DNA of 64,000 bases from Alphaproteobacteria bacterium (GCA_963555825.3 CAUVXB020000002.1:3008001-3072000), one strand, 5' to 3'; counted from the stretch's first letter, positions 49,854 to 59,897 are shown. Notes: a model not told the origin generated them from the letters alone. Numbers and translations are program-made.

Positions 49854-51197
49854 CTACAGGTCGTCGACGACCTGGCGAAGGGTCAGGGCGAACTTGTCGA
49901 CGATCTCGTCGAGCTCGGCGCGGCTCGCGACATAGGGCGGCGAGAGGATCACCTGGTCGCCGCGCACGCCGTCGACGTTGCCGCCGGTCGGATAGCAGAT
50001 CAGGCCGTTCTCCAGGCCCCGGTCGCGGACCCGTGCGAACATCTGCAGCGCCGGATCGAACGGCTCCTTGGTGGCGCGGTCGGCGACCAGTTCGATGCCG
50101 ACGAAGAAGCCGCGGCCGCGGATGTCGCCGACGCAGTCCATGTCGCCGATCGCCTCGCCCAAGCGCGCGAACAGATAGGGGCTCTCGGCGGCGACCCGTT
50201 CGACCAGCCTGTCGCGCTTGATGATCGTCTGCACGGCGAGGCCGGCGGCGCAGCAGGTGGTGTGGCCGGTATAGGTGTGGCCCGAGGCGATGTGGCCATG
50301 GGCCGCCATGATAGGCTGGTACATCGAGTCCTGGTAGACTGCGGCGCCGAGCGGCAGGTAGCCGCCCGAGAGGCCCTTGGCGACCGACATGATGTCGGGC
50401 ACGACGCCGTCGTGCTCCAGCGCGCGCCAGCTACCGCAGCGGCCCGAGCCGCACATCACCTCGTCGGCGATCATCAGGACGCCGTAACGGTCGCAGATCT
50501 CGCGGATGCGCCGGGCATAGCCGTCGGGCGCCGGCACCGCGCCGCCGGCGGCGCCGACCACCGGCTCGAAGATGAAGGCCGCGACGGTCTCCGGACCGAG
50601 GCGCTCGATCTCGCGTTCCAGCTCGCCCGCGCAATAGGCCGCGACGTTCTCGGGCGGAACGTTGGGCGGCGGCCGGTAGGCGTTGACCGGCGACAGCCGG
50701 CTGCCCTCGATCAGCGCGCCCTCGTAGGGGTCGCGGCGCGCCTTGAAGCCCGAGACCGAGAGTGCGCCCAGCGTGTTGCCGTGCCACGAGCGCTCGCGCG
50801 AGATGATCCGCCGGCGCGACATCTCGCCGGCGGCCGCGTGGTACTGCAGCGCAACCTTGAGGCAGGACTCGACTGCTTCCGAGCCGCCGGTGCAGAACTG
50901 CATGCGGGTCAGCCCGCCGCCGCAGAATTCGGCGATGATCGCCTGCAGCCCGTCGAGCGCGTCCGAGGCGAAGGTATAGCGGTAGCCGTGGGCGATACGG
51001 TCGATCTGCGCCACAATCGCCTCGTTGACCTCGGCGTTGCCGTGGCCCAGACAGAACACCGCGGGCCCACCCGAGCCGTCGATGTACTGCTTGCCGCTCG
51101 AATCGTAAACATAGACGCCGCGCCCGTAATCGACTGTCGGCAAATCGACGGTCGGCATGGCTGGGGCGTACTCGGCGGCGGGCTCGGTCACGGTCAT
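49854..51197 (-). CDS. PLP-dependent class III aminotransferase
   Basis: YIDGSGG, GGSEAVE, SWHGNT, FEPVVGA, ADEVMCG.GR, AKGLSGGY.P, GHTY. Confidence 0.94.
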   Translation of the reverse strand: MTVTEPAAEYAPAMPTVDLPTVDYGRGVYVYDSSGKQYIDGSGGPAVFCLGHGNAEVNEAIVAQIDRIAHGYRYTFASDALDGLQAIIAEFCGGGLTRMQFCTGGSEAVESCLKVALQYHAAAGEMSRRRIISRERSWHGNTLGALSVSGFKARRDPYEGALIEGSRLSPVNAYRPPPNVPPENVAAYCAGELEREIERLGPETVAAFIFEPVVGAAGGAVPAPDGYARRIREICDRYGVLMIADEVMCGSGRCGSWRALEHDGVVPDIMSVAKGLSGGYLPLGAAVYQDSMYQPIMAAHGHIASGHTYTGHTTCCAAGLAVQTIIKRDRLVERVAAESPYLFARLGEAIGDMDCVGDIRGRGFFVGIELVADRATKEPFDPALQMFARVRDRGLENGLICYPTGGNVDGVRGDQVILSPPYVASRAELDEIVDKFALTLRQVVDDL

Positions 51198-51285
51198 TTC
51201 GGCGCTCCCGGTATTCTTCGTCGGCCGAGCCTACGCCAGCCGTCGGGGCGCGCCAAGGACGCGTTTCGGCTACACTGGAGCCATC

Positions 51286-51642
51286 ATGGCGTCGCGCGAG
51301 TACCAGACCTACTACGCGATCATTCGCATCATCCCGCCCGGCCGGGTGATGACCTATGGCGACGTCGCGGCGCACGCCGGCCGGCCACGTCAGGCGCGGC
51401 GCGTCGGTTACGCGCTCCACGCGCTCAACGACCCGAATGTGCCGTGGTGGCGCGTGGTCAACGCCAAGGGCGGCATCAGCGTGCGCGCGCCCGACGGCGA
51501 GGCCGATGATCGCCAGCGCGAGCTGCTGCGGCTGGAGGGTGTCGAATTCGACCTCGAAGGGCGCATCGATCTCGCGCGGTACCGTTTCCATCCCGACGCC
51601 GAGAGCGTCGACGCACTGGCGCGCGAATTCGAGGGAAAGTAG
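51286..51642 (+). CDS. Alkyltransferase-like (ATL) DNA-damage binding protein
   Basis: IPPGRVMTYG.VA, ARRVGYAL, PWWRVVN (Trp in place of the catalytic Cys), Q.ELLR.EGV. Confidence 0.9.
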   Translation: MASREYQTYYAIIRIIPPGRVMTYGDVAAHAGRPRQARRVGYALHALNDPNVPWWRVVNAKGGISVRAPDGEADDRQRELLRLEGVEFDLEGRIDLARYRFHPDAESVDALAREFEGK

Positions 51643-51672
51643 AATTGGCACGGGGTTCAGGGAGATAAGGGC

Positions 51673-53232
51673 ATGACGGCAGCGACAACCCGGCGGCGCA
51701 GTGGCGGCCGCGCCGCCCGGCGCGAGCTGCGCGCGCAAGGCTCCAGCGGCGAGGTCGTCGGACCCGGGCTCAAGGGCGGCAGTTTCAAGCCGCTCGGCGC
51801 GCGCGACATCGAGCGTATCCACCAGACCGCGCTCGACGTGCTCGAGAACGTCGGCGTCGGCGACCCGCTGCCCGAAATGCTCGATACGGCATTGCCGCGG
51901 GGCTGTTGGCTAAGCGACGAAGGGCGCTTGTGTTTTCCGCGCGCGTTGGTCGAGGACATCATCGCGAACGCCTGCCACCGCTTCACGATCCATGCGCGCA
52001 ATCCGGCCTTCGACGTGACGCTCGGCGGCAGCAACGTCAATTTCGCGACCGCCGGCCAGGCGGTGACGATCTACCAGCCCGAGACCAAGTCGTACCGACC
52101 GTCGACGCTGGTCGACCTCTACGACCTGGCGCGCCTGACCGACCGGCTCGACAACCTGCACCGCTTCTGCCAGATGGTCGTCGCCACCGACATCGCCGAC
52201 GAGCATGTCCATAACATCTCGGTCGGCTACGCTCTCTTGGCGGCGACGCGGAAGTCGTTCTCGGTCGCCGTCGGCAGCCGGCCCGAGGACATCGCCGAGC
52301 TGGTCGCGCTGTTCGACATCGCGCTCGGCCGCGAGGGCGCATTCCTCGAGAAGCCGTTCTGCACCATCGGCTGCTGCCCGATCCTGTCGCCGCTGCGCTT
52401 CGGCGAGGACGGCAGCCGCGTCGCGCTCGAATGCGCCCGCCTCGGCATCCCCGGCGACTATGCGATCGCGCCACAGGCCGGCGCGACGGCGCCGGCGGCG
52501 CTGGCCGGCACGCTGGTGCAGATCCCCGCCGAGACGCTCGCGACGATCGTCGTGACCAATCTCGCCAAGCCCGGCCATCCGACGGTCTATGCCGCCTGGC
52601 CGCTGGTCTCGGACCTGCGTACCGGCGCGTTCTCGGGCGGCTCGGGCGAGGAAGCGCTGCTCAGCGCGGCGGCGGTCCAGATCGGCAACTTCTACGACCT
52701 GCCGACCAGCGTTGGCGCCGGCATGAGCGATTCCAAACTGCCCGACAACCAGGCCGGCTTCGAGAAGGGCCTGACCACCGCGCTGGCCGGTCTCGCGGGC
52801 GCCAACTACGTCGGCGAGGCGGCCGGCATGCAGGCCAGCCTGATGGGCTGCTCGTTCGAGGCGCTGGTCATCGACAACGAGATGCTCGGGGCCGTGCAGC
52901 GCACCATCCGCGGCATCGAAGTGACCGACGAGACACTGTCCTACGAGGTCATCCGCGACGGCGCGCTGGGCGCCGGCCACTACCTCGGCAGCGAACAAAC
53001 GCTCTTATTGATGGAGACCGAGTACCTCTACCCCGAAATCTCCGACCGCAACACGCCGGACGTCTGGCAGGAGGGCGGCTCGCTCGATATCGGCGAACGG
53101 GCGCGCGAACGGGCGCGCGAAATCCTCGACGAGCACTATCCCGAGTATATTACGCCCGAAGCAGACGCGAAGATCCGCGAACGCTTCCCGATCGCGCTCG
53201 AGCCCGCAGACATGCGCGCCGGCCGCGGATAG
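51673..53232 (+). CDS. Second MttB-family methyltransferase, non-pyrrolysine
   Basis: SPLRF, QAGATAPAALAG, VSDLRTGAFSGGSGE, GMSDSKLPDNQAGFEK; no in-frame TAG. Confidence 0.92.
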   Translation: MTAATTRRRSGGRAARRELRAQGSSGEVVGPGLKGGSFKPLGARDIERIHQTALDVLENVGVGDPLPEMLDTALPRGCWLSDEGRLCFPRALVEDIIANACHRFTIHARNPAFDVTLGGSNVNFATAGQAVTIYQPETKSYRPSTLVDLYDLARLTDRLDNLHRFCQMVVATDIADEHVHNISVGYALLAATRKSFSVAVGSRPEDIAELVALFDIALGREGAFLEKPFCTIGCCPILSPLRFGEDGSRVALECARLGIPGDYAIAPQAGATAPAALAGTLVQIPAETLATIVVTNLAKPGHPTVYAAWPLVSDLRTGAFSGGSGEEALLSAAAVQIGNFYDLPTSVGAGMSDSKLPDNQAGFEKGLTTALAGLAGANYVGEAAGMQASLMGCSFEALVIDNEMLGAVQRTIRGIEVTDETLSYEVIRDGALGAGHYLGSEQTLLLMETEYLYPEISDRNTPDVWQEGGSLDIGERARERAREILDEHYPEYITPEADAKIRERFPIALEPADMRAGRG

Positions 53233-53293
53233 GCCATGGCGATTGGGTAAAAAGACCGGGAGGCGCAAGGCCCGTCACGGGTGGTGGATGGGC

Positions 53294-53321
53294 AAAAAAC
53301 GGGGGGCCGCAAGGCCCCCCG
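53294..53321 (-). terminator. Rho-independent terminator of the family-5 SBP gene
   Basis: CGGGGGGCC-TTGC-GGCCCCCCG followed by TTTTTT on the minus strand. Confidence 0.8.
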
Positions 53322-53354
53322 AGGTGCGTGTCGTGATTTGTGTCGTTGGTTGGC

Positions 53355-54992
53355 TCAGGCGTCGATCCACAGCTCGTTGACGAACATGTAGGTCGTCGGG
53401 TGCTGGGCGAAGCCCTTGACGCGCTTGTCCCAGCCCGAGAACGAACCGCGCCACAGCGGCTGCACGATCGGGCCGTCTTCCTGCATCAGCGTCTCGATCT
53501 CGCAGACCACCTCGCGCCGCGCATCGGCGTCGAGAATGCCCGAGGCCTTGACCAACAGCTCGTCGAACTTCGGGTTGGCATAGGCCGCCTCGTTCCACGG
53601 CACGCCCGAGCGATAGGCGAGACCAAGAACCATGACGCCGAGCGGACGGTGGGTCCACGACGTGAAGCCGAACGGCACCTTGTCCCAGACCTCCCAGTAC
53701 TGCGCCGACGGCATCGGGTTGATGGTCACCCGGATGCCCGCCTCGGCCCACTGCTGCTTCATCACCTGGACCGCGTCGAGCTCCCACTTGGGCGACGTCT
53801 TGCCGGCGATCTCGACGTCGATGCCGCCCGCGTGACCGGCCTCGGCCAAGAGCGCCTTGGCCGCCGCCGGGTCGCGCGTCATCTCAGGCAGCTTGCAGTA
53901 TTCCGGATGGATCGGGCAGACGTGGTGATGCTCGGCCGGCGTCCCGACATCGCCGTAGACGATGTCGCTGACCGCCTTGGTGTCGACCGCAAGACGCATC
54001 GCCTTGCGCACCCTGGGATCGTCCCACGGCGCGTTGCCGAGACGCATCCGCGCGACGCCGGTCTGCGCCGTCGGCACCGTGTAGATCTCGACATGCGACA
54101 TCGACTGCATCGCCGTCAGCGTCGTGATGTCGCCCTGGTTCATGCCGTGGATCTGCTTCGACGCCAAGGCGCCCAAGACCGCCGACGGCTCGTCGCCCAG
54201 ATCGAGATAGGTCACCCGGTCGACATAGGGACCGGTGCCCCAATAGTCGCTGCGCGCCTCGACAACCGCCTTCTGCTTGAAGCCGAACTCGACCAGATCG
54301 AACGGCCCGGTGCCGTTGCCGCCGACGCCGAACTTGCCGCCCTCCTCGGGATCGATCATCGGGAAGGGATAGTGGAACAGATGTTCCGGAACCGCCAACT
54401 CGGCGACCTTCGCGTTGAGCCGAACGGTGTGCGAATCGATCTTCTCGACGGCGTTGGCGTCCCACTTCGCCGAACCGTCGTCGTTCATCATGTAGCCCTT
54501 CATCAGGCCCAACACCGACGAACCCGTGTCCGGGTCCAAGACGTGGTTGATGTTCCACACCACGTCGTCGGCATCGAACTCGCGCCCGTTGTGCCACTTG
54601 ATGCCCTTGCGCACGTTCAGCGTCCAGGTCCGCAAGTCGTCCGACGCCGACCAACTCTCCAACAGATAGGGCCGCGTCACGTTGTCGGTCCCGGTCTTGG
54701 TCAGATACTCCAGCACGTCGCGCGCGATGTCGGCGCCCCAGCTGAAGGTATGCGGATCCTTGACGTCGATGACGCCCGTCGCGATGCGCAGATGACCGCC
54801 CATCTTGGGCGTCTGGGCCGCCGCGCGCGGCGCGAAACTCTCGCCCGTCACCCGGCCCATGAAGGCATAGGCCGCCGCGGCCGACATGCCCAACAGCGTC
54901 GACGTGCGCAAAAACTCCCGCCGGTCGACCTTGCCCTCCGCGAAGTTCCGCTTCAGCGTCGGGATATATCCATGTTCCCTGACTTCTTTCAT
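53355..54992 (-). CDS. ABC substrate-binding protein family 5 (peptide/nickel type), Tat signal
   Basis: DRREFLR, PYLLESW..SDD, GTGPF, PWDDPRVRKA; GGGAG RBS. Confidence 0.92.
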   Translation of the reverse strand: MKEVREHGYIPTLKRNFAEGKVDRREFLRTSTLLGMSAAAAYAFMGRVTGESFAPRAAAQTPKMGGHLRIATGVIDVKDPHTFSWGADIARDVLEYLTKTGTDNVTRPYLLESWSASDDLRTWTLNVRKGIKWHNGREFDADDVVWNINHVLDPDTGSSVLGLMKGYMMNDDGSAKWDANAVEKIDSHTVRLNAKVAELAVPEHLFHYPFPMIDPEEGGKFGVGGNGTGPFDLVEFGFKQKAVVEARSDYWGTGPYVDRVTYLDLGDEPSAVLGALASKQIHGMNQGDITTLTAMQSMSHVEIYTVPTAQTGVARMRLGNAPWDDPRVRKAMRLAVDTKAVSDIVYGDVGTPAEHHHVCPIHPEYCKLPEMTRDPAAAKALLAEAGHAGGIDVEIAGKTSPKWELDAVQVMKQQWAEAGIRVTINPMPSAQYWEVWDKVPFGFTSWTHRPLGVMVLGLAYRSGVPWNEAAYANPKFDELLVKASGILDADARREVVCEIETLMQEDGPIVQPLWRGSFSGWDKRVKGFAQHPTTYMFVNELWIDA

Positions 54993-55164
54993 GACGTCAT
55001 ATCTCCCTGTTTTGGTTCGCCGTGCCGACGGCGTCTTTTCCCAGTTTGGCGCTGTCGCATCGAACCGACAGTCTGCGACCATCCTTTTGGGCGGCGCCCG
55101 GGTTGTCAATCACGATACCGCAGGCGAGAGGCCGAATGATGTCGTTTTTTGGACATTGGTGTGA

Positions 55165-55308
55165 TTATTCGGGTGGTGGGGCCGCGCCGGGCGCCAGGTG
55201 CTGGGCCAGCGCGACGACCTTGCCGGCCTCGATGCCGACGTCGCAGACCACCGTATCGGCGGCGGTGACGACGATGCCACCGCGGATGACGAGATCGAAT
55301 TTAGCCAT
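55165..55308 (-). pseudogene. 5' remnant (47 codons) of a dihydropyrimidinase/amidohydrolase gene
   Basis: MAKFDLVIRGGIVVTAADTVVCDVGIEAGKVVAL, the typical cyclic amidohydrolase N-terminus, with GGGAG RBS, then an early stop. Confidence 0.75.
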
Positions 55309-55497
55309 CGGCGTTCTCCCGTGCCTGCCGCGCCGCCGACGCGAAGGCGCCTCAATTTCGCCGCAACGCGGGACGACTATTCTCCATCTCGCCGCCACGA
55401 GGCGAGCAAATTCGGCGGCCGAGCGCAGCTGTCCATGGTGAGACATCCCCGCTAAGCTCGGACGTGGGTTTGTCGGCGACAACCAGGGTGAGGGGTC

Positions 55498-57594
55498 ATG
55501 CAATCCAGATTTGCGAAGGTCTCGGCCGGCGTCGCCGGTGTGGCGATGGGCCTTGTCATGGCGCTCGCCGACGCGGCGGCGGCTGAGCTCACGCTCAAGC
55601 GCGTGCTGCTGTCGACCGGCGGTGTCGGATACTTCGAGCACGAGGCCGTCATCGACGGCAACGCGACACTCGAACTCGAGGTGCGCCTCGACCAGGTCGA
55701 CGACGTCCTCAAAAGCATCGTCGTCTTCGACGACAAGGGCGGCGTCGGCGCGATCAGCCTGCCGGGGCGCGAGCCGCTCGCGCAGGTCTTCCGCGACCTG
55801 CCCTTCGGGCCCGAGGCGTTGGTCTCGCGCGCGGCGCTCTTGAACGCCCTGCGCGGCGCGCGCGTGCGTATCGCCGGCGACCGCCTGATCGAGGGCCGCC
55901 TGCTCGCGGTCGAGCCCGAGGTGGCGCGGCTGCCCGGCGACGGCGGCACAATCACGCGCCATCGGGTCAGCCTGATGGCCGTCTCGGGGCTGCGTCAGTT
56001 CATCCTCGAGGACGCCGAGACGCTCGAGTTCATCGATCCGGCGCTCGGCGCCCAGGTCGACCAGGCGCTCGCCGCGATCACCGCCCATCGCGCCCAAGAC
56101 AAGCGCCGGCTCAGCGTCGAGATGCTCGGCGAGGGGCGGCGCACGGTGCGCGTCGCCTATGTCGTCGCGACGCCGTTGTGGAAGGCGACCTACCGTCTGA
56201 TCCTGCCGCCCGAGGGCGGCGAGCCGAGCGCGCTCATGCAGGGCTGGGCGGTGATCGAGAACATGAGCGGGACGGCATGGGACGGCGTCGAGCTGACGCT
56301 CGCCTCGGGCAACCCGGTGACCTTCCGCCAAGCGCTCTACACCGCCTATTACGTGCACCGCCCCGAAGTGCCGGTCGAGGTGCTCGGCCGCGTGCTGCCG
56401 CCGCCCGACACGGGTGTCATCGGCGGTTTGATGGGTGGCGAGCAGGCGGCGGGGCTCCAGAAGAAGGAACGCGAGGCGCGGGCAGCGATGGACGCGCTGT
56501 CGATGATGGCCGCCGAGCCGTCGGCCGGCATGGCCTTCGCGGAGATGGCCGTGGCCGGCGCCGCGGCGCCGGCGCCGGCGCCGATGTCGCTGGCGCTCAA
56601 CAACGCCGCCGAGAGCGAGGAGACCGCGACCCAGGTTGTGTTCCGCGTGCCGCAGCCGGTCAGCGTCGCCTCGGGCCATTCGTTGGTCGTCGCGATGGTC
56701 AACGAGGAGGTGCCGGCGCAGCGCTTCGCCCATTTCCTACCGCGCACCCACGCGAGCCATCCGCTCGCCTCGGTACGGCTTGACAACGACACCGAGAGCG
56801 GCCTGCCGCCCGGCGTGTTGACGCTGTATGAACGCAGCGCCAAGACCGGCGTGGTGGCCTATGTCGGCGACGCCAGGCTGGCGACCCTGCCGGCCGGCGA
56901 GGACCGTCTGGTCGGCTTCGCGCTCGATCAGAAGACGCGCATCGAGCAAGACGTCAAGACCAAGCGCTCGATCTTCGGCGGCTCGATCAGCCGCGGCGTC
57001 TTCGCGCTGACGCGGATCGAGCGGCAGACGACGATCTATCGGCTCAAGGCGCCGGCGCGCGAGGCGCGTGCGGTGCTGATCGACCATCCGCGGCACGCCG
57101 ATTGGAAGCTGATCGAGCCGGCCGAAGACGACATCGATCTGATCGATGGCGGCTACCGTTTCGAGGTCGCCATCGAGGCCGGCGCCGAAGCGACCTTCGA
57201 GGTCACGGTCGAACGCCCGGTGACGCAGTCGTTGGGCATCACCTCTCTGACGCTCGCGCAGATCGTCCGCTACGCCAGCACCGGCGCGCTCGATGCGAAG
57301 CTCCGCGAGGCGTTCGAGCGGCTCGCCGAGCTCAAGCGCGAGGTCGTGCGCCACGAGCAGCGCATGGCCGAACTCGAGCGCGAGCGCCTGGTCATTCATC
57401 AGGAGCAAAAGCGCATCCGCGACAACCTCGGCCGCATCCCGACCGGCAGCGATCTGCACCGGCGTTATCTGCGCAAGCTCGACGCCCAGGAGGACAAGCT
57501 CGAGACCATCCTGGAGGGCTTCGACCAGGCGCAACGCCGCCAGATCGAGGCCAGCCAGAAGCTCGACGACTACATCAAGACACTCAAGATTTGA
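55498..57594 (+). CDS. DUF4139-domain secreted protein
   Basis: Signal peptide; GVGYFE, VDDVLKS, P.WKATYRL, GWAVIEN..G..W..V.L.L.SG.P; C-terminal coiled coil. Confidence 0.82.
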   Translation: MQSRFAKVSAGVAGVAMGLVMALADAAAAELTLKRVLLSTGGVGYFEHEAVIDGNATLELEVRLDQVDDVLKSIVVFDDKGGVGAISLPGREPLAQVFRDLPFGPEALVSRAALLNALRGARVRIAGDRLIEGRLLAVEPEVARLPGDGGTITRHRVSLMAVSGLRQFILEDAETLEFIDPALGAQVDQALAAITAHRAQDKRRLSVEMLGEGRRTVRVAYVVATPLWKATYRLILPPEGGEPSALMQGWAVIENMSGTAWDGVELTLASGNPVTFRQALYTAYYVHRPEVPVEVLGRVLPPPDTGVIGGLMGGEQAAGLQKKEREARAAMDALSMMAAEPSAGMAFAEMAVAGAAAPAPAPMSLALNNAAESEETATQVVFRVPQPVSVASGHSLVVAMVNEEVPAQRFAHFLPRTHASHPLASVRLDNDTESGLPPGVLTLYERSAKTGVVAYVGDARLATLPAGEDRLVGFALDQKTRIEQDVKTKRSIFGGSISRGVFALTRIERQTTIYRLKAPAREARAVLIDHPRHADWKLIEPAEDDIDLIDGGYRFEVAIEAGAEATFEVTVERPVTQSLGITSLTLAQIVRYASTGALDAKLREAFERLAELKREVVRHEQRMAELERERLVIHQEQKRIRDNLGRIPTGSDLHRRYLRKLDAQEDKLETILEGFDQAQRRQIEASQKLDDYIKTLKI

Positions 57595-57662
57595 GCGCAA
57601 GTACAAAGGGCCGGCGCGGCGAATTTTCGCCGGCCGGCCCCGTGCGTTATTTATCAGTCACC

Positions 57663-57793
57663 GCACGATCCGATTGGATCGTGCCAGCCCGCGCCGGTCT
57701 TATTGGGACAAGAGGGGGGCCGCCGACCGTTCGGCGGAAGCATGCGCGACGATTGAGCGCAGGTCACCGCAGGTGACCGCGCTAAAAGATGAC
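57663..57793 (+). repeat. Structured palindromic repeat, copy C
   Basis: Near-identical to copy A over GCCAGCCCGCGCC.GTCTTATTGGGACAAGAGGGGGGCCGCCGACCGTTCGGCGGAAGCATGCGCG.CGATTGAGCGC; terminal hairpins shortened. Confidence 0.85.
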
Positions 57794-57803
57794 TGTACAA
57801 ATA

Positions 57804-59312
57804 CTAACCTCTATCGACGTCGACCGCGACGAAGCTTGGCGCATCGCCGCGCTTGAACAGGATCAGCACCTTCTTGCACTCGTCGGTGCAGACCTTCTCG
57901 AGGATGGCGGCCGCTTGGCCCGGCGAATTCACCGGCTCGAGGCCGATTTCGAGGATGATGTCGCCGGGCCGGATGCCTTCCGCCGCGGCGCTGCTGTTCG
58001 GGTCGATCATCGTGACCAGGACGCCCTCGTTTTCGTCGCCGAGGTCGTAGCGCTCGCGCAGCTCATCGGTGATCGCGACGAGCGTCATGCCGAGCGTTTC
58101 GACTTCGGGCGCCTCGGGCTCGGGGCTCTCGGTGGTCAGCGACGCGAACACCGGCTGGGTCTCGTCGAGCTCGGCGATCTTGACCGCGATGGTTATCTCC
58201 TCGCCCTTGCGCAGGACGACGACGTCGACGAACTCGTCGATTCTGGTCGCCGCGACGATGCGCGGCAGGTCGCGCATCTCGGGGATGTCCTGGCTGTTGA
58301 ACTCGAGGATGACGTCGCCGGTCTTGATGCCGGCGGCGGCGGCCGGACTGTCCGGCGTGACGTCGGCGACCAGGGCGCCGCGCGGCTCATCGAGACCCAG
58401 GCTCTCGGCGATGTCCTCGTTGACCGACTGGATGCGCACGCCGAGCCAGCCGCGCCGCGTGCGGCCGTATTCCTGCAGTTGCGCGATCACCGGATGAGCC
58501 AGCGAAGAGGGCACCGCGAAGCCGATGCCGACGCTGCCGCCCGACGGCGAGAAGATCGCCGTGTTGATGCCGATGACGTCGCCGTCCATGTTGAACAGCG
58601 GGCCACCCGAGTTGCCCCGGTTGATCGAGGCGTCGGTCTGCAGGAAGTCGTCGTAGGGACCGGCGTTGATGTCGCGGCCGCGCGCCGAAAGGATGCCGGC
58701 CGTCACGGTGTTGCCCAGGCCGAACGGGTTGCCGATGGCGACCACCCAGTCACCGACGCGGACGTTGTCGGAATCGCCGAATGTCACCGCCGTCAGTGGC
58801 GCGTCGGGCTCGAACTTCAAGAGCGCCAGATCGGTCTTCTTGTCGCGCCCGATGACCTCGGCCGGATAGCGGCGCTCGTCATGCAACACGACGGTGATCT
58901 CGTCGGCCTCGGCGATGACATGGTTGTTGGTTACCACCAGGCCCGAGACGTCGATGATGAAGCCAGAGCCCAGCGAGGTAATCTGCCTGGGGCGGTTTTC
59001 GTTGCCGCGCTGCTGCTGCTCGAAGAACTCGCGGAACAGGTCTTCGAAGGGCGAACCGGGCGGCACCTGCGGCAGGACGTCGGACATGTTCGGCGTTTTA
59101 ACGCTCTGCGCCGTCGAGATGTTGACGACCGCCGGAGTCAAGCGCTCGGCGAGGTCGGCGAAACTGTCGGGTGCACCGCGCGCAAAGGCGCCGCAGGACA
59201 TCAGGAATATCGTCAGCATCGTCAGCACGCCGAACAGGCGGGCAATATAGATGTCGCGGTGCGGCGCGGCGACCGCTCGTGGCGCCGCAGCGTTGTTGGG
59301 GAATATCTTCAC
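57804..59312 (-). CDS. Do/DegP/DegQ family periplasmic serine endoprotease with two PDZ domains
   Basis: SLGSGFII, TNNHVI, DLALLK, QTDASINRGNSGGPL, RGWLGV; GTG start with GGAG RBS. Confidence 0.95.
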   Translation of the reverse strand: MKIFPNNAAAPRAVAAPHRDIYIARLFGVLTMLTIFLMSCGAFARGAPDSFADLAERLTPAVVNISTAQSVKTPNMSDVLPQVPPGSPFEDLFREFFEQQQRGNENRPRQITSLGSGFIIDVSGLVVTNNHVIAEADEITVVLHDERRYPAEVIGRDKKTDLALLKFEPDAPLTAVTFGDSDNVRVGDWVVAIGNPFGLGNTVTAGILSARGRDINAGPYDDFLQTDASINRGNSGGPLFNMDGDVIGINTAIFSPSGGSVGIGFAVPSSLAHPVIAQLQEYGRTRRGWLGVRIQSVNEDIAESLGLDEPRGALVADVTPDSPAAAAGIKTGDVILEFNSQDIPEMRDLPRIVAATRIDEFVDVVVLRKGEEITIAVKIAELDETQPVFASLTTESPEPEAPEVETLGMTLVAITDELRERYDLGDENEGVLVTMIDPNSSAAAEGIRPGDIILEIGLEPVNSPGQAAAILEKVCTDECKKVLILFKRGDAPSFVAVDVDRG

Positions 59313-59490
59313 GAAACGATCTCCATTTTGGCTCACGTCGCTACTCCTGAATGACAGAATATCACATACTCGGTTGCATCGGCATAAAGAGGAGCGTCGC
59401 CGGGCGGGAGGGGGTCGCCCGCCCGGCGACATGCACGCCGGTGGGCTGGTGGTGGCGTGCATCTGGGTATCGAAACTAGTGGCGTCAAGC

Positions 59491-59545
59491 TGAACGGAGG
59501 CTGAGCGTGTCGTTCATTTGCGGTTCATCTGGTTGTTGATAGCGT
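59491..59545 (+). promoter_or_regulatory. OmpR/PhoP-type direct-repeat boxes and -10 element
   Basis: TGAAC-N6-TGAGC (59491-59506) and GTTCA-N6-GTTCA (59512-59527), 12 nt before TAGCGT (59540-59545). Confidence 0.6.
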
Positions 59546-59552
59546 GCGCGCC

Positions 59553-59897
59553 ATGAATTTTCGGCCGATCATTCTATTGCTGGTGGCCTGGGCCGTGATC
59601 GCGCCGGCGGGCGCTGGCTGGGCCGGCGAGCAGGACGAGGCGCGCCGCGCCTACCAAGCCGGCGAGGTCGTCTCGCTTGGGCAGATCCTCAATCGGGTCA
59701 CCGGCGCCTACGAATGCCGCGTGCTGGCCGTCGAGCTGAATAAGGCGCGGTCCTCGGGATCCCGCAAGCGCTGGGTCTATTCGGTCAAGGCGATGACCCG
59801 CAAGGGCCACATCCTGATGTTCAAGCTCGACGGCATGACCATGAACTTCCTCTCGATCGCGGGTCGCGGCGCCGACGCCGCGCGCCGGAAACCCTGA
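59553..59897 (+). CDS. PepSY-like secreted protein
   Basis: Signal peptide; EQDEARRA..AGEV.SL..IL, VLAVEL, VY.VK.....G; precedes the response regulator. Confidence 0.8.
   Translation: MNFRPIILLLVAWAVIAPAGAGWAGEQDEARRAYQAGEVVSLGQILNRVTGAYECRVLAVELNKARSSGSRKRWVYSVKAMTRKGHILMFKLDGMTMNFLSIAGRGADAARRKP

Noticed and set aside
51286-51642. Active O6-methylguanine methyltransferase (ogt/ada)
   Set aside because: PWWRV replaces PCHRV, so it is a non-catalytic ATL
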